39,957 bases of DNA from Gemmatimonadota bacterium (GCA_038153405.1 JAYOYH010000034.1:9092-49048), one strand, 5' to 3'; numbered from the stretch's first letter, positions 27,795 to 37,800 are shown. Numbers and translations are program-made. Notes: generated from the sequence alone by a model not told the origin.

Positions 27795-29957
27795 CTACCA
27801 AGCTACGCCGATTGACCCTACCGAAGCGCGTTCGGTCGGATCTAGCTCAACGACCAGTTTGTATACGTAAACGCCGGGAGCGACTAGGTGGCCCGCATCA
27901 TCACGCCCGTCCCAACGCACCAGAGAAGAGGAATCCCAGCCGCCGTAGCGGCCCGCGTTTATCCCCTCGTATGAAATTGTGCGCACGCGCTGCCCCGACA
28001 TGGTATATACTTCCAACCGAAGGGTGGCATCTTCCATCCGACCTAGTGTGAAGCGCAGCGACGCGCTGTCGTTAATGCCGTCCCCATTGGGCGTGACGAT
28101 CGCAGGACTAACCTCGACGTCCTGAAGAATGGGAATTTCGAAATCGTTGGTCGTAACGGTTAGCGCAAACGACTCGCCACTCGCCTCGTCTACGCCACTG
28201 CGCTCGTCCGTTTTAAGCGGGTTGGACGACTGGGGAGAAAAGAGAAACGACGAAAAGCGATGCTTTGCCGAAAGCAAGCGGCTGGTAAATGGAATCGTCA
28301 GTTCCGTTGTCTCAGCGATGGGCGGTGAAAAGTGCACGACGAGTGAATCGTCGGTTGCGTAGGAACGCTCCCGGTCAACGCTGGCCGCGCCGGTAGAGGT
28401 GATGGCATTCCAGTCGACGGTGGCCGGCCACTGCGTCAATACGGCAACCCGCTCGACGCCCTCGCCCTCAGCGCCTTCCATTTCGATTTGCAGCCGATAG
28501 GTAAAGTCGACGTCCTGGCCAATTGGCACCTGCAGCGGAGCAATCCAAGACTGCGCGCCCCGGGCCGGAATAATCTCTGCGTCGTATTCGATATGTAGGC
28601 TGTCCAAGCGCGGCGAAACCAGCACGTCGCGCGAGTCCATCAGGACCTGAAACTGAAGGTGGCTGCGCGGTTCGGCCACGTCTAGCCCCGACGCGCTGGC
28701 CGCCTGCCACGGGGACCACGCTTCCCAAAGGGCGCCGTCGTTGCCCGTGCGAAAGCGCAGCTTCATATCCGTTTGGTCGGGCACTTCGCCGTAGGCACGC
28801 ACGGCCCGAAAATTTATTGGTGCGCCATCGGCCAGATTCATAGGGGGCGACGTATAGAGACCGCTCGCCCCCAAGCCATCGCCGTAGACTTCCATTTCGC
28901 CTACGCGGGGCGACGCGTCGCGCGTTGAAAAATCCGTCGCCACTAGGCGAACGTGCCGCGCGACAATCGTCGGGAATTCGACGGTTGTCTCCTGAAAATT
29001 GACGATGTTATTGGCGGACCCGACCTCAATGAAGTCGACGCCGTCCTTGCTCACAAATATGCTATAGCCCCGCAGCGAGACGTCTTCAAACGATCCGCGA
29101 GAAGGGGGCTCCGTCAGGACGCGCACTTTGCTTATGGGCACCAACCGGCCCAAATCTGTCTGCGCACTTTGCAGCAGCGCCGATGCGCCCCGTCGAAAGT
29201 TGAAGGAGGTGTTTATGTCGCCGTCTACCAGGTTTGGATCGGCAGAATAGGAGCCCAGCGCGAGGTTAACGCCCTTGAACGAGCGCAGTTGCAAACCGCC
29301 CCGTCCGCCGTCGGCGCCTCCTGGATACCCAGCCAAACTCCTGACGTCCGTGTCCAAGCCTAGCACTTCGGCAAACGCGCCACCCGACAGAGAGCCTTCC
29401 TGCACGGGCGTCCAGCTCACTGCTTGGCCGTCTTCCTCGTGCCGGTCTAAACGATTGGACCTCAGCTCCATCCAATCGGCACCCGGTTCATTTTGCAGGG
29501 GAGAGTCTGTCCAAAACCAGGGAAACGTCCGATCGCTGGGCGAAGCGACGACCAGCGCCTCTTCCGTTTCAACGGCAAGAAAATATCCGTACGAATTGGG
29601 AAAGCCTTCGTCTTCCACTACGAGAGCTATATTGTTTGTATTTCGAGAAAACGAGACCTCGTAGGAAGCCAGTCCAGCACCGCCGTCGCCCTCGCCGACT
29701 AATTCACCGTCCAAATAGAGCGCGTACTGACCCCCGACCAACACGTGTATGCGACCGTCTATCGCCTGCTCAAAATCAATAAATCCTAGATAGTTCGTCG
29801 TCGTCGGCCAGGCGGTAACCACCTGCTGTTCTGCCCGTGCGTTCATCACCCATACAGCGGCAAGTACAAAGGCGAATCGAACCCAGTGCAACGGCAGTCC
29901 TCCTATCAGTAATAATAAGCCACCGGCGTACGGATACACCGGTGGCTTATCATGCAA
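27795..29957 (-). CDS. Secreted protein with discoidin/F5-8-like beta-sandwich and gliding-motility-associated (type B-like)/FlgD-Ig C-terminal domain
   Basis: Discoidin-like NLALG...NLVDGD...TDLGRLVPISKVRV...YSIFVSKDG...ARHVRL...GEMEVYG. C-terminal SPAIVTPNGDGIND...WDGRDDAG..VAPGVYVY. Start codon uncertain. Confidence 0.75.
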   Translation of the reverse strand: MHDKPPVYPYAGGLLLLIGGLPLHWVRFAFVLAAVWVMNARAEQQVVTAWPTTTNYLGFIDFEQAIDGRIHVLVGGQYALYLDGELVGEGDGGAGLASYEVSFSRNTNNIALVVEDEGFPNSYGYFLAVETEEALVVASPSDRTFPWFWTDSPLQNEPGADWMELRSNRLDRHEEDGQAVSWTPVQEGSLSGGAFAEVLGLDTDVRSLAGYPGGADGGRGGLQLRSFKGVNLALGSYSADPNLVDGDINTSFNFRRGASALLQSAQTDLGRLVPISKVRVLTEPPSRGSFEDVSLRGYSIFVSKDGVDFIEVGSANNIVNFQETTVEFPTIVARHVRLVATDFSTRDASPRVGEMEVYGDGLGASGLYTSPPMNLADGAPINFRAVRAYGEVPDQTDMKLRFRTGNDGALWEAWSPWQAASASGLDVAEPRSHLQFQVLMDSRDVLVSPRLDSLHIEYDAEIIPARGAQSWIAPLQVPIGQDVDFTYRLQIEMEGAEGEGVERVAVLTQWPATVDWNAITSTGAASVDRERSYATDDSLVVHFSPPIAETTELTIPFTSRLLSAKHRFSSFLFSPQSSNPLKTDERSGVDEASGESFALTVTTNDFEIPILQDVEVSPAIVTPNGDGINDSASLRFTLGRMEDATLRLEVYTMSGQRVRTISYEGINAGRYGGWDSSSLVRWDGRDDAGHLVAPGVYVYKLVVELDPTERASVGSIGVAW

Positions 29958-29970
29958 ACAAGTAGCAGAG

Positions 29971-31902
29971 CTACTTCAACAACGTGACTTTCCTCGTGAC
30001 GTTCAGGTTCGGCGCCTGGACGCGATACATATACATACCGCTTCCGACCTGAGCGCCGCTGTCGTCACGACCATCCCAAGAAATGCGGAACTCACCCGCA
30101 TTCATGCGATCGTCGAGCAGGGTGCGCACTTTCTGGCCTTGAGTGTTGTAGATCTCAACCAGAATGGGAGCATCCCAGGGCAGCGAGAAATTGATCGACG
30201 TTTCGGGGTTGAACGGGTTGGGAGCCGCATCGCTGATCTCGTACGCCGTCGGCAACGCTGCGCCTTCCAATTCGTAAACCGCCGTCGCGGGCTCGCCCAA
30301 TAGGGCGCGCTTCTGGTCGTAGGGCATGTGCACGATCGGATAGTGCGACAGTATGGCCAACGCACCTTCCTCTGGCACCGGAACAAAGTCGTTCGCCGCT
30401 GCCGCATCGCCAAAACCGCCGATGCTCATATACACGCCGTCCCAATCACCGTCCATTTCATCGACGATGATGTTGTACTGCGGCCAGCTGGTGGGAATGT
30501 TCTTGGGCTCAAAGTGGAACAGGCCCGAACCGTCCTCGCCCAACACGAAACCGTTCTGCGTCGTATTCGAACCGGCTTCGATGTTGGTAACCCAACCCCA
30601 CTTAGTAGAGTACAGCGAGTACTTAAACGCCGGTGCTTCCGTATGGCCGTATTCGAGACCTCCGAACGTGCCTTCGGAAAAAGTGCGCGAGTCGCCATAT
30701 CCGTCGCCGTTGCGGTTCATATATACGACGTTGCCGTCGTAGTCCAAGCGGACCGTCAGCGAAGTGTGGTGACCCGATAGGGTTATACCGGCTGGGTCGG
30801 GCTCGCCGTTGTAAAAGCGGGCCATCGTTCCGGGACCACCTGAACGATCGCTTCCGTTGTTATCGTAGAGGAACATGTCCGTCAGATCCCACTCGCCCAA
30901 GAGCGAACCGCTCTCTATCGAGTACGCGGCAATCTTGCTCACCGTGCCCGCAACGCCCGCCGTGGCATATACGACGGTCTTCTGGGGATTGGTGGTCGAG
31001 GCATACTGACGACCCGGAAGGACGTCTTGGAGATTCAACACGCCAAACTCGGCGCCGGCATCTTCGCCCCAATCTTCATGCATCGTGATCTGACGCGTAT
31101 CCCAATTGTACTGGTAGCGGTAGAGCCAGCCAACGTTGCCGCCGCGGTTGTTGCCAATCCACTCCGTTAGGCTGCCGTTGAGCGGCGTGGCGCTCAGCAT
31201 ACCCGTTGGGCACCCTTCGCGGTCACCGCAGGCATCTACGACGGACTGGTTGTCGACCAAGTCGTATGCATCAATACCAGCGGCAATCCAGTCGTTTTCC
31301 ATGTTGGCAACTTCGCCCGTGAAGTTCACAAACTCGCCGCGCGAAGGATTGATATAGATGGTCTGGCCACTGCCAAACTGACGGGCCGCTGCGCCCACGA
31401 TATGAGGCGTGGCCTCGTCATCAAACGCGGCGAGAAACATCTGGTACGATCCGCTCTGGACGATGTTGCCGTCCATATCGCGGCCGTTCCATACGATGGA
31501 GTTCTCGCCTTCGTTGAAGCGCTGGCCGGCGGACTTATAGACCAATACATCGGTGCCATTAACTACGTGCCAGCCCGGATTGCCGTGCTCTGGATCCTGG
31601 TAAGGCCCCGGCCCTTCTCCGCGAATGGTGAACGGCGCCTTGTAACCGTCGGTATAGATAATGAGCCAGACCGTTGCACCGCTTCCATTCAGAGTAAACG
31701 GGATCTCCAGATCCGCTCCGCCAAACGTGTAATTGGTCATATCGCCGAGACCGGATATCTCTAGCGTTACGGGCTTGCCTCCGCTCGTCATATCCGGAAG
31801 TTGGAGGTCCGGGTTTCCTATGTGCAGGAACTGCGCGTTAACGGAAACCGCGGCAGATAAGCCCATTGCAAACACGAGGGAAAGTTTGGACAGTATTCTC
31901 AT
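29971..31902 (-). CDS. Secreted protein with N-proximal FlgD-Ig-like domain and C-terminal T9SS type A-like/FlgD-Ig domain
   Basis: Signal peptide MRILSKLSLVFAMGLSAAVSVNAQ from ATG 31902. Internal WNGRDMDGNIVQSGSY. C-terminal APNPFNPET...IYNTQGQKVRTL...WDGRDDSG..VGSGMY...TRKVTLLK. Confidence 0.8.
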   Translation of the reverse strand: MRILSKLSLVFAMGLSAAVSVNAQFLHIGNPDLQLPDMTSGGKPVTLEISGLGDMTNYTFGGADLEIPFTLNGSGATVWLIIYTDGYKAPFTIRGEGPGPYQDPEHGNPGWHVVNGTDVLVYKSAGQRFNEGENSIVWNGRDMDGNIVQSGSYQMFLAAFDDEATPHIVGAAARQFGSGQTIYINPSRGEFVNFTGEVANMENDWIAAGIDAYDLVDNQSVVDACGDREGCPTGMLSATPLNGSLTEWIGNNRGGNVGWLYRYQYNWDTRQITMHEDWGEDAGAEFGVLNLQDVLPGRQYASTTNPQKTVVYATAGVAGTVSKIAAYSIESGSLLGEWDLTDMFLYDNNGSDRSGGPGTMARFYNGEPDPAGITLSGHHTSLTVRLDYDGNVVYMNRNGDGYGDSRTFSEGTFGGLEYGHTEAPAFKYSLYSTKWGWVTNIEAGSNTTQNGFVLGEDGSGLFHFEPKNIPTSWPQYNIIVDEMDGDWDGVYMSIGGFGDAAAANDFVPVPEEGALAILSHYPIVHMPYDQKRALLGEPATAVYELEGAALPTAYEISDAAPNPFNPETSINFSLPWDAPILVEIYNTQGQKVRTLLDDRMNAGEFRISWDGRDDSGAQVGSGMYMYRVQAPNLNVTRKVTLLK

Positions 31903-32133
31903 CTGCGAACACCCACCTTTCTTTAGTGTCGTGAAAAAAAATACTACGTAATGATTTAAAAAACGCATGCATGCTGCTTTTTTCGGTAGCGTTATTACTC
32001 TCCTTTCCGAAGGTCTAAAACAGCGATCACCCAGATCGCAGCACCCTATACACACCCCCACAATACGGTGCGATACGTCGAGGGGTGATACCCCATTCGG
32101 AGAACACGAGCGTGTAATAAGGAAACCGCCTTA

Positions 32134-32162
32134 TCCTTACCAAATCTGATGAGTTTAGTCAA
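32134..32162 (-). promoter_or_regulatory. Putative sigma70 promoter of the 12-gene operon
   Basis: On the minus strand an A-tract precedes TTGACT (32162-32157), a 17-nt spacer ending in TGG, and TAAGGA (32139-32134). The -10 match is weak. Confidence 0.35.
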
Positions 32163-32200
32163 GGTTTTTTTGCGCTTATCTCCCCTTACGCGGCGCGACC

Positions 32201-33817
32201 TCAGCGCCCACCGGCGCGCCGCAGCGCGCGCGCTATCGAGGTGTGGCCACGCCGTTCAGCCCAGGCCAGCGGACGCGCCCAATCTTCGCCCCCGTTGGGG
32301 TCGGCCCCGCGTGCCAGCAGCCATCGCACGGCGTCTTCCTGACCGCTGCGCGCCGCCCAGCCTAGCGGCGTCGAGCGATACTCCTCGTCTATCGCCTCTA
32401 TGTCGGCGCCAAATTCGAGAAAGAGCTCCATTCTCTCTTCGCGCTGATCGCGTTCCCCGCGCTGGGCAGGACGGGCGCGGCGGGGACCCATCGGATTGAT
32501 CTGAGCCAGCTCGTGCAGCGGAGTGGTCCACTGCCAGTTGGGTAAATTCGGATCCATGCCGGCCTCCAGTAGCCTTCTCGTCATCTCGGGCCGGCGCCAC
32601 AGGTAGGAGCGACACGAGTTAACGACGGGTGGAACGGGAACGTTTTGCGCCAGCAGCACGTCGAAAATCGCCCGCTTGTCAAAGGCAATCACAAAAGTGT
32701 AGATCGTCCCGCAGCCCGACACAGACGTTCCCTGCGGATCGCAAGCGGCCAGCGCAGCGACCACGTCAACTTGGTCTTCCAATACGAAGTCTGCCGCTGA
32801 TTTTGGGCGGGAACCGTAGCGATAGAGCAGCGCCTTCATCGACTCGTCTTTGGCCTGGTGCAGCGGTGCGCCAGACGACTCAATCGACGCCTCGGGATCC
32901 GCGCCGTGCTGCAAAAGGAGCTCGGCTATGCGCTCGTGCCCCGCCGCGACTGCGTGCCATAGCGCCGCACCGCGGGGTGCGCCCTGCGCGGGTTGAGTGG
33001 GGTGGACGCCGCCCTTTAATAGGATACGCACGAGCGCATCGTCTCCAGACTTTGTCGCAAAAATCAGCGCCTGGGCACCGTAGCGGGCGCGCTGCCTGCC
33101 CAGTCGGCACAGCGCACGCGCCGCTGTTCTGTCACCCGAAAATACGGCGGCGTCCAGCGTGTATTCCGCTCCCAGTCCCAGCAGGAGCCCTACCGTTTGG
33201 CGGTCGCCCTGACGCATCGCCACGTCAAGCGGCCGCTGGTTGCGCGGCCGGTACCAGTCGTGCGTGCTACCGCGCTGCACCGCATCAATCGGCGCACCGC
33301 ATTGAACCAGAAAGGTCACGAGCGCGCGATGACCGCATTCAACGGCGCGGTGCAGGGCCGTCGAGCCCTCTTCGTCGCCCCGACCAATGGCGGCGGGATC
33401 CTGGGCCAGCGCCGCGCTCACCGCGCTGACGTTGCCGCGCCGCACCGCCGTGTGGAGCGGGCCCGTCTGCTGAACGTTGTGCACCAGGCGATCGGCCTCA
33501 AGCAGCTGTGCAACCCGCTCGTGACCGCGGTCGCGCGCCACGACGACCAGATCTTCGTGGCCGTAGCGCACCCACGTCGAGTCCGCGCCGTTGGCCAGCA
33601 GCATTTCCACCGTTGTCGCGCGTCCTTCGCGCACGGCAAAGTGCAGCGGCTGCGTGTACCAGTACTCCGCAGAGACCAGTTTCTTGTCGCGCGCCAGCAT
33701 TTGCTTCAAACGGCGCGTCTGTCCGCGCTTTGCCGCGTTGAGTACTTCCCATACGGATGGCTGGATATCCGTCGGTTGCAGCAAGCTGAGACGCTTTGGA
33801 CGTTTTTTATGGGCCAT
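32201..33817 (-). CDS. Ankyrin repeat protein
   Basis: Multiple ankyrin motifs: TQPLHFAVREG, GSTALHRAVECGH, TTPLHELA and STPLGWAARSGQ..VRWLLARGADPN. ATG 33817 chosen; the ORF track starts at 33859. No signal peptide. Confidence 0.9.
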   Translation of the reverse strand: MAHKKRPKRLSLLQPTDIQPSVWEVLNAAKRGQTRRLKQMLARDKKLVSAEYWYTQPLHFAVREGRATTVEMLLANGADSTWVRYGHEDLVVVARDRGHERVAQLLEADRLVHNVQQTGPLHTAVRRGNVSAVSAALAQDPAAIGRGDEEGSTALHRAVECGHRALVTFLVQCGAPIDAVQRGSTHDWYRPRNQRPLDVAMRQGDRQTVGLLLGLGAEYTLDAAVFSGDRTAARALCRLGRQRARYGAQALIFATKSGDDALVRILLKGGVHPTQPAQGAPRGAALWHAVAAGHERIAELLLQHGADPEASIESSGAPLHQAKDESMKALLYRYGSRPKSAADFVLEDQVDVVAALAACDPQGTSVSGCGTIYTFVIAFDKRAIFDVLLAQNVPVPPVVNSCRSYLWRRPEMTRRLLEAGMDPNLPNWQWTTPLHELAQINPMGPRRARPAQRGERDQREERMELFLEFGADIEAIDEEYRSTPLGWAARSGQEDAVRWLLARGADPNGGEDWARPLAWAERRGHTSIARALRRAGGR

Positions 33818-34011
33818 TAAATAACCGCCTTGTTGGGTTGCACCGATTCTGTTTGACAAATGTAGCGACTTTGTTGCGCGAGTGATAAGCCTATATTGAC
33901 TACGGACTGCGTTATCGCATACGAACCTTCAACTTTGACCATGTAAACCAACGACGTGCGCTGCCTGCAAACGGCCGTTCCCGCTGCCGTCAACGCACAG
34001 AAGGAACAGCC

Positions 34012-34836
34012 ATGTACATTGCGCTCGACACAGACGAACGCACCAGCCAACAGCTGTCTCCGGCCCACCTCGCCCAGGCGCTGGCGGCCCTGCAGACAGA
34101 CGGCTACGTCGTCATAGAAGACATCGTTGCCCACGACCACTTGGGGCAGCTGCACGAACAGATGGATCGTGATGCAAAGCTGCTGTACGATGCCAAGCAG
34201 TGGAGCGGCGCCGGCGGACTGCCCGGTCACCTCATGCTGGGCCCCCCACCTTTTGCACCCTTTGTCTTTGGCGATATCGTCGCTAATCCATTCGTCGTAC
34301 AGGTCAGTCAGGCCATGCTCGGCGATCGCTTCTTCAACGGACTCTACAGCGGCAATACCAACTGTCCTGGCAGCCAAACGCAGCCGCTGCACCGCGACGT
34401 GGACCACCTGTGGCCCAACTTGACAGTGGCCCATCCGGCTGCTAGCCTGGTGGTCAATATCGCACCGCACGACGTATCGGAAGACAACGGCAGCATCGAG
34501 CTATGGCCCGGCTCGCATCTCGACCCGACCTTTGGCTCGGTCATCAGCGCCGAAGCCGAAGCGGCGCGGCGCGCAACCGTTCCGCCCGTCCGCGGCAATA
34601 CGCGCAAGGGCAGCGTGCTGATTCGCGACATGCGGCTGTGGCATCGCGGCATGCCCAACTGCGCCGATCGACCGCGCCATATGATCGCCATGGTCCACAA
34701 TATCGGCTGGCTCCAGCGAGGTCGCATTCTCAAGTTTGGCACGGGCTGCGAAGCGGCTTTTCCCGAAGGTCCGTTGGACCACAACGTCGCATTCACCGAC
34801 GAGCCCATCGATCACGTTGGCCTGAGAACGGATTAA
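34012..34836 (+). CDS. Phytanoyl-CoA dioxygenase (PhyH) family Fe(II)/2-oxoglutarate dioxygenase
   Basis: DGYVVIED, HxD motif QPLHRD, NGSIELWPGSH, and distal His plus Arg in RLWHRGMPN...PRHM. AAGGA RBS. Confidence 0.9.
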   Translation: MYIALDTDERTSQQLSPAHLAQALAALQTDGYVVIEDIVAHDHLGQLHEQMDRDAKLLYDAKQWSGAGGLPGHLMLGPPPFAPFVFGDIVANPFVVQVSQAMLGDRFFNGLYSGNTNCPGSQTQPLHRDVDHLWPNLTVAHPAASLVVNIAPHDVSEDNGSIELWPGSHLDPTFGSVISAEAEAARRATVPPVRGNTRKGSVLIRDMRLWHRGMPNCADRPRHMIAMVHNIGWLQRGRILKFGTGCEAAFPEGPLDHNVAFTDEPIDHVGLRTD

Positions 34837-34862
34837 ATCTGCATCCGGCACGGAGACGCCAC

Positions 34863-37800
34863 ATGCATATGAGCACACATCTTCGTCGCAGTCTGCTCAC
34901 GCTGAGCGCACTGCTTTTCACCATAGCTGCAGGAGCCGATGAGACGCTCATAGAGGTGCCCTCCTTCGCCGTCACGCGCATGCGCCAAGCACCCGTTATC
35001 GACGGGGCCATTAACGCAACCGAGTGGCAAGAGGCGCTGGCCGTCAGCGGTGTGGCCGACCAGTCGACCGATATGAGCAAACCGCTCCTGCCGCGACCCA
35101 CCACGTTCTATTTGGGCTGGGATCCCGATCACCTCTACTTTGCCGCGCGCACCTATATCAAGCCAGGGCACAAACCGGCCGTAACGGCGGGTCGGTCTCA
35201 GGGGCTAGCCTACGTGTGGGACGCCGGCCTCGAGCTCAACTGGCATCCGATGGGCGCCAACGTGCCAGCGGGCAACAAGGCCAACGCCTACAAGTGGTTT
35301 CTCAACGCCCTCGGCTTTATCGGCGACACGTCGCGCCTGGCGCTAGGCCAGCAGTTTAAAAGCTGGAATCCCCAGTTTGAGATCCAAGCCCGTTTGACCG
35401 ATCCGGGCACAGCGCCCGACGGCGGCCGCTGGTGGGAAATGGAGATGCGTGCCACGCCAGAGGGTTTCGAACTGGACGGACCTCATCAGGCCGGCGACCA
35501 GTGGCGCATGATGCTCGGCATAAACCACTTCCCAGCCTGGATGCAGGCGCGCATTCCCTGTCGCGGTCCCTATCTCGATCCCTACGGCTTCAACTTGATG
35601 ACGCTGGTCGACGAGACTCCTTCGGTGCAGATGACGATGGATAGCATTCCGAATCTGGCTACCGACGGTACGGCCGCCATCGACCTATACGCCTTTAACC
35701 CGACCGAGCAGCCCGTCGAACTGACGTTTTCGGTCAGCATTGCCGACGCACTAGAGCGGATAGAGATCTTGTCGATTCCACCCGGTCGCCGCGCGGGCTT
35801 TAGCCTCAATAAAAAACTGCCTGAAACCGTCACAGAGGGCCTAGCTTCTGTCAGTGTAACGCAGGGCGAGCGATCGCTGTTCTCGTACTCCGTGCCGTTC
35901 AGCGTGGGCGCCTACGCCTCGATGCTCGCTCCGTCCACCCCACCCGATACGACGAACTTCGCTTTTGAGACGCGCTTTAATCCCGTCCGCTCGTGGCTGC
36001 TTGTAAAGGGAGATACCTACTTCTTAGAAGACGCGACGCTGGCCAAGGCGCTGCACTACCGCGTGTTCTCAGAAGCCGTAGACAAGCCGATCGCGACGGG
36101 GAGCATCACCCAAGTGGCCGAGTACTACCTGCAGGACATCGTGCAGCTGCCCGCGCTCGAGCCGGGCACCTACCACATCGAAGCCACCATGGAGTTGACC
36201 AACGGACGCACCCTCGGTCCCATGAAGGGACAGTTTATCAAAAAGGACGAGGCAAAAGAGTACGCGCACTGGTGGAAAAACGAGTACGGCAACGTGGAGC
36301 GCGTCCTGCCGCCCTACACCGCGCTCGTCCAGCAGGATGAGCGCGTGGCCAGTTTGGGCCGCACCTACCACCTCAACGCCTTGGGCCTGCCCAAGCGCAT
36401 CGTCTCCAACGGCGCCGACGTAAGCGCGGCGCCGGCCCGCGTGGTGGTCGTGCGCGACGGCGTCGAACACGTCATCCCCTTGGGCGACCCGCGCTTTACA
36501 GAGACGACCGACTGGCGCGTGCGCTTTGCCGGAGAAACGCAGGGTGCCGGTCTGCGTCTGGGCAGCGAAGGATGGGTCGAACAGGACGGCTTGGTCTACA
36601 TCGACCTGACCTACGGTCCGTCCGGGGATCCGGTTGAGATCGACGCCCTGCGCTTGGAGTATCCCCTCTCGGAAGAGGACGCCGACGCCCTGCTGTGCAT
36701 CGGTCCGGGCAACAACTATTCAAGCCGCACGACCATGCTCCTACCAAAGGATGCGACCGGATCGCTCTGGTCTACGCTCGATACAGGTATCAATGGTAGC
36801 GGCATGACGGTGGGATCGTTCTATCCGACCGTGTGGATTGGCAGCGAACGCCGCGGCTTTCTCTGGTGGGCCGACAACGATCGCGGGTGGATTCAGAACA
36901 ACGCCGTCCCGGCCCACGAGGTCGTCCGACGCGACGAAGGGGTCGTGCTCATCAACCACATCGTCGCCCAGCCAACCTCGCTCAGCGCTGACCACACGCT
37001 GGCCCTGAGCTACATCGCCACGCCCTTCAAGCCAATGGTCAAAGGGTGGCGCATGACGCAGTCGACCGAAGACGGCACCTTTCACCAGCCTTTTCGCAAC
37101 GTGCGCACCGACTCGAAAACGGGCCTGAACGTCTTCCAAAATCCCGGCGGCGGCCTCCTGCACGTCAACTGGATCCACCCCGAGTCGCGCTATCCAGAAG
37201 AGTGGGAAGACCTATGGCATCAGCAGCGCACGGAGGGCTTTGCCGGCTGGCCAGCCGCCGACTCGGTGGCTCACGCAATGCAGTGGCGCGACCCCTATGC
37301 CGCGCGCAAGTTCGGCTTTACGCACATGTCGTTTCAAGTGTATGGCTACGGGCGCAAAACCCTAGAAGATCACCTGTATGACTACTTTGGCTCCGAGTGG
37401 GAAGCCGCGGGGAACGGAGACACCTGGCACGATACCTATACCGACTACGCCATGTACCTCTTTGACGGAGCCTTTAATCGCGGCGGCGTGCGGTCCACCT
37501 ATTGGGACCTGACCTTTCCCCTGCTCTTTTCCGACCCACTGAGCGGCCTGGCCTATCGCCTGCCCGACGGGCGCATGCAAAGCGGCTACCACGGGTGGAA
37601 CCTGCGCCGTTTTTACAAACGCCTGCACGCCATGCAGTATGACGCCGGACTGGTGCCCGGCGCCAACGGCTTTCACTCCACCAACGCCTACCTGCCCGTG
37701 GCCATGACTTGGACGGACGCCGTGCTCGACGGCGAGCGCAACTGGGACCTAGACTCCAGTCCGCTGGACTGGGTCGACAACATGCCCATTGAGCGCATGC

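Noticed and set aside
27795..31902. FlgD-like domains as flagellar hook-cap genes
   Set aside because: They are domains within signal-peptide-bearing multidomain proteins, and there are no flagellar genes nearby.
31903..32061. Cys-rich N-terminal extension of the 696-aa ORF, or a leader peptide
   Set aside because: It runs through AT-rich, hairpin-containing UTR-like sequence. The signal peptide begins at ATG 31902.
33818..34011. Promoters in the ankyrin/phyH divergent spacer (TTGACA at 33853, TATATT at 33892)
   Set aside because: The hexamers do not pair at a plausible 16-18 bp spacing.
34503..34862. 120-aa N-terminal extension of the 1407-aa ORF overlapping phyH
   Set aside because: It is Arg-rich off-frame sequence inside phyH. 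The RBS and signal peptide point to a start at 34863.
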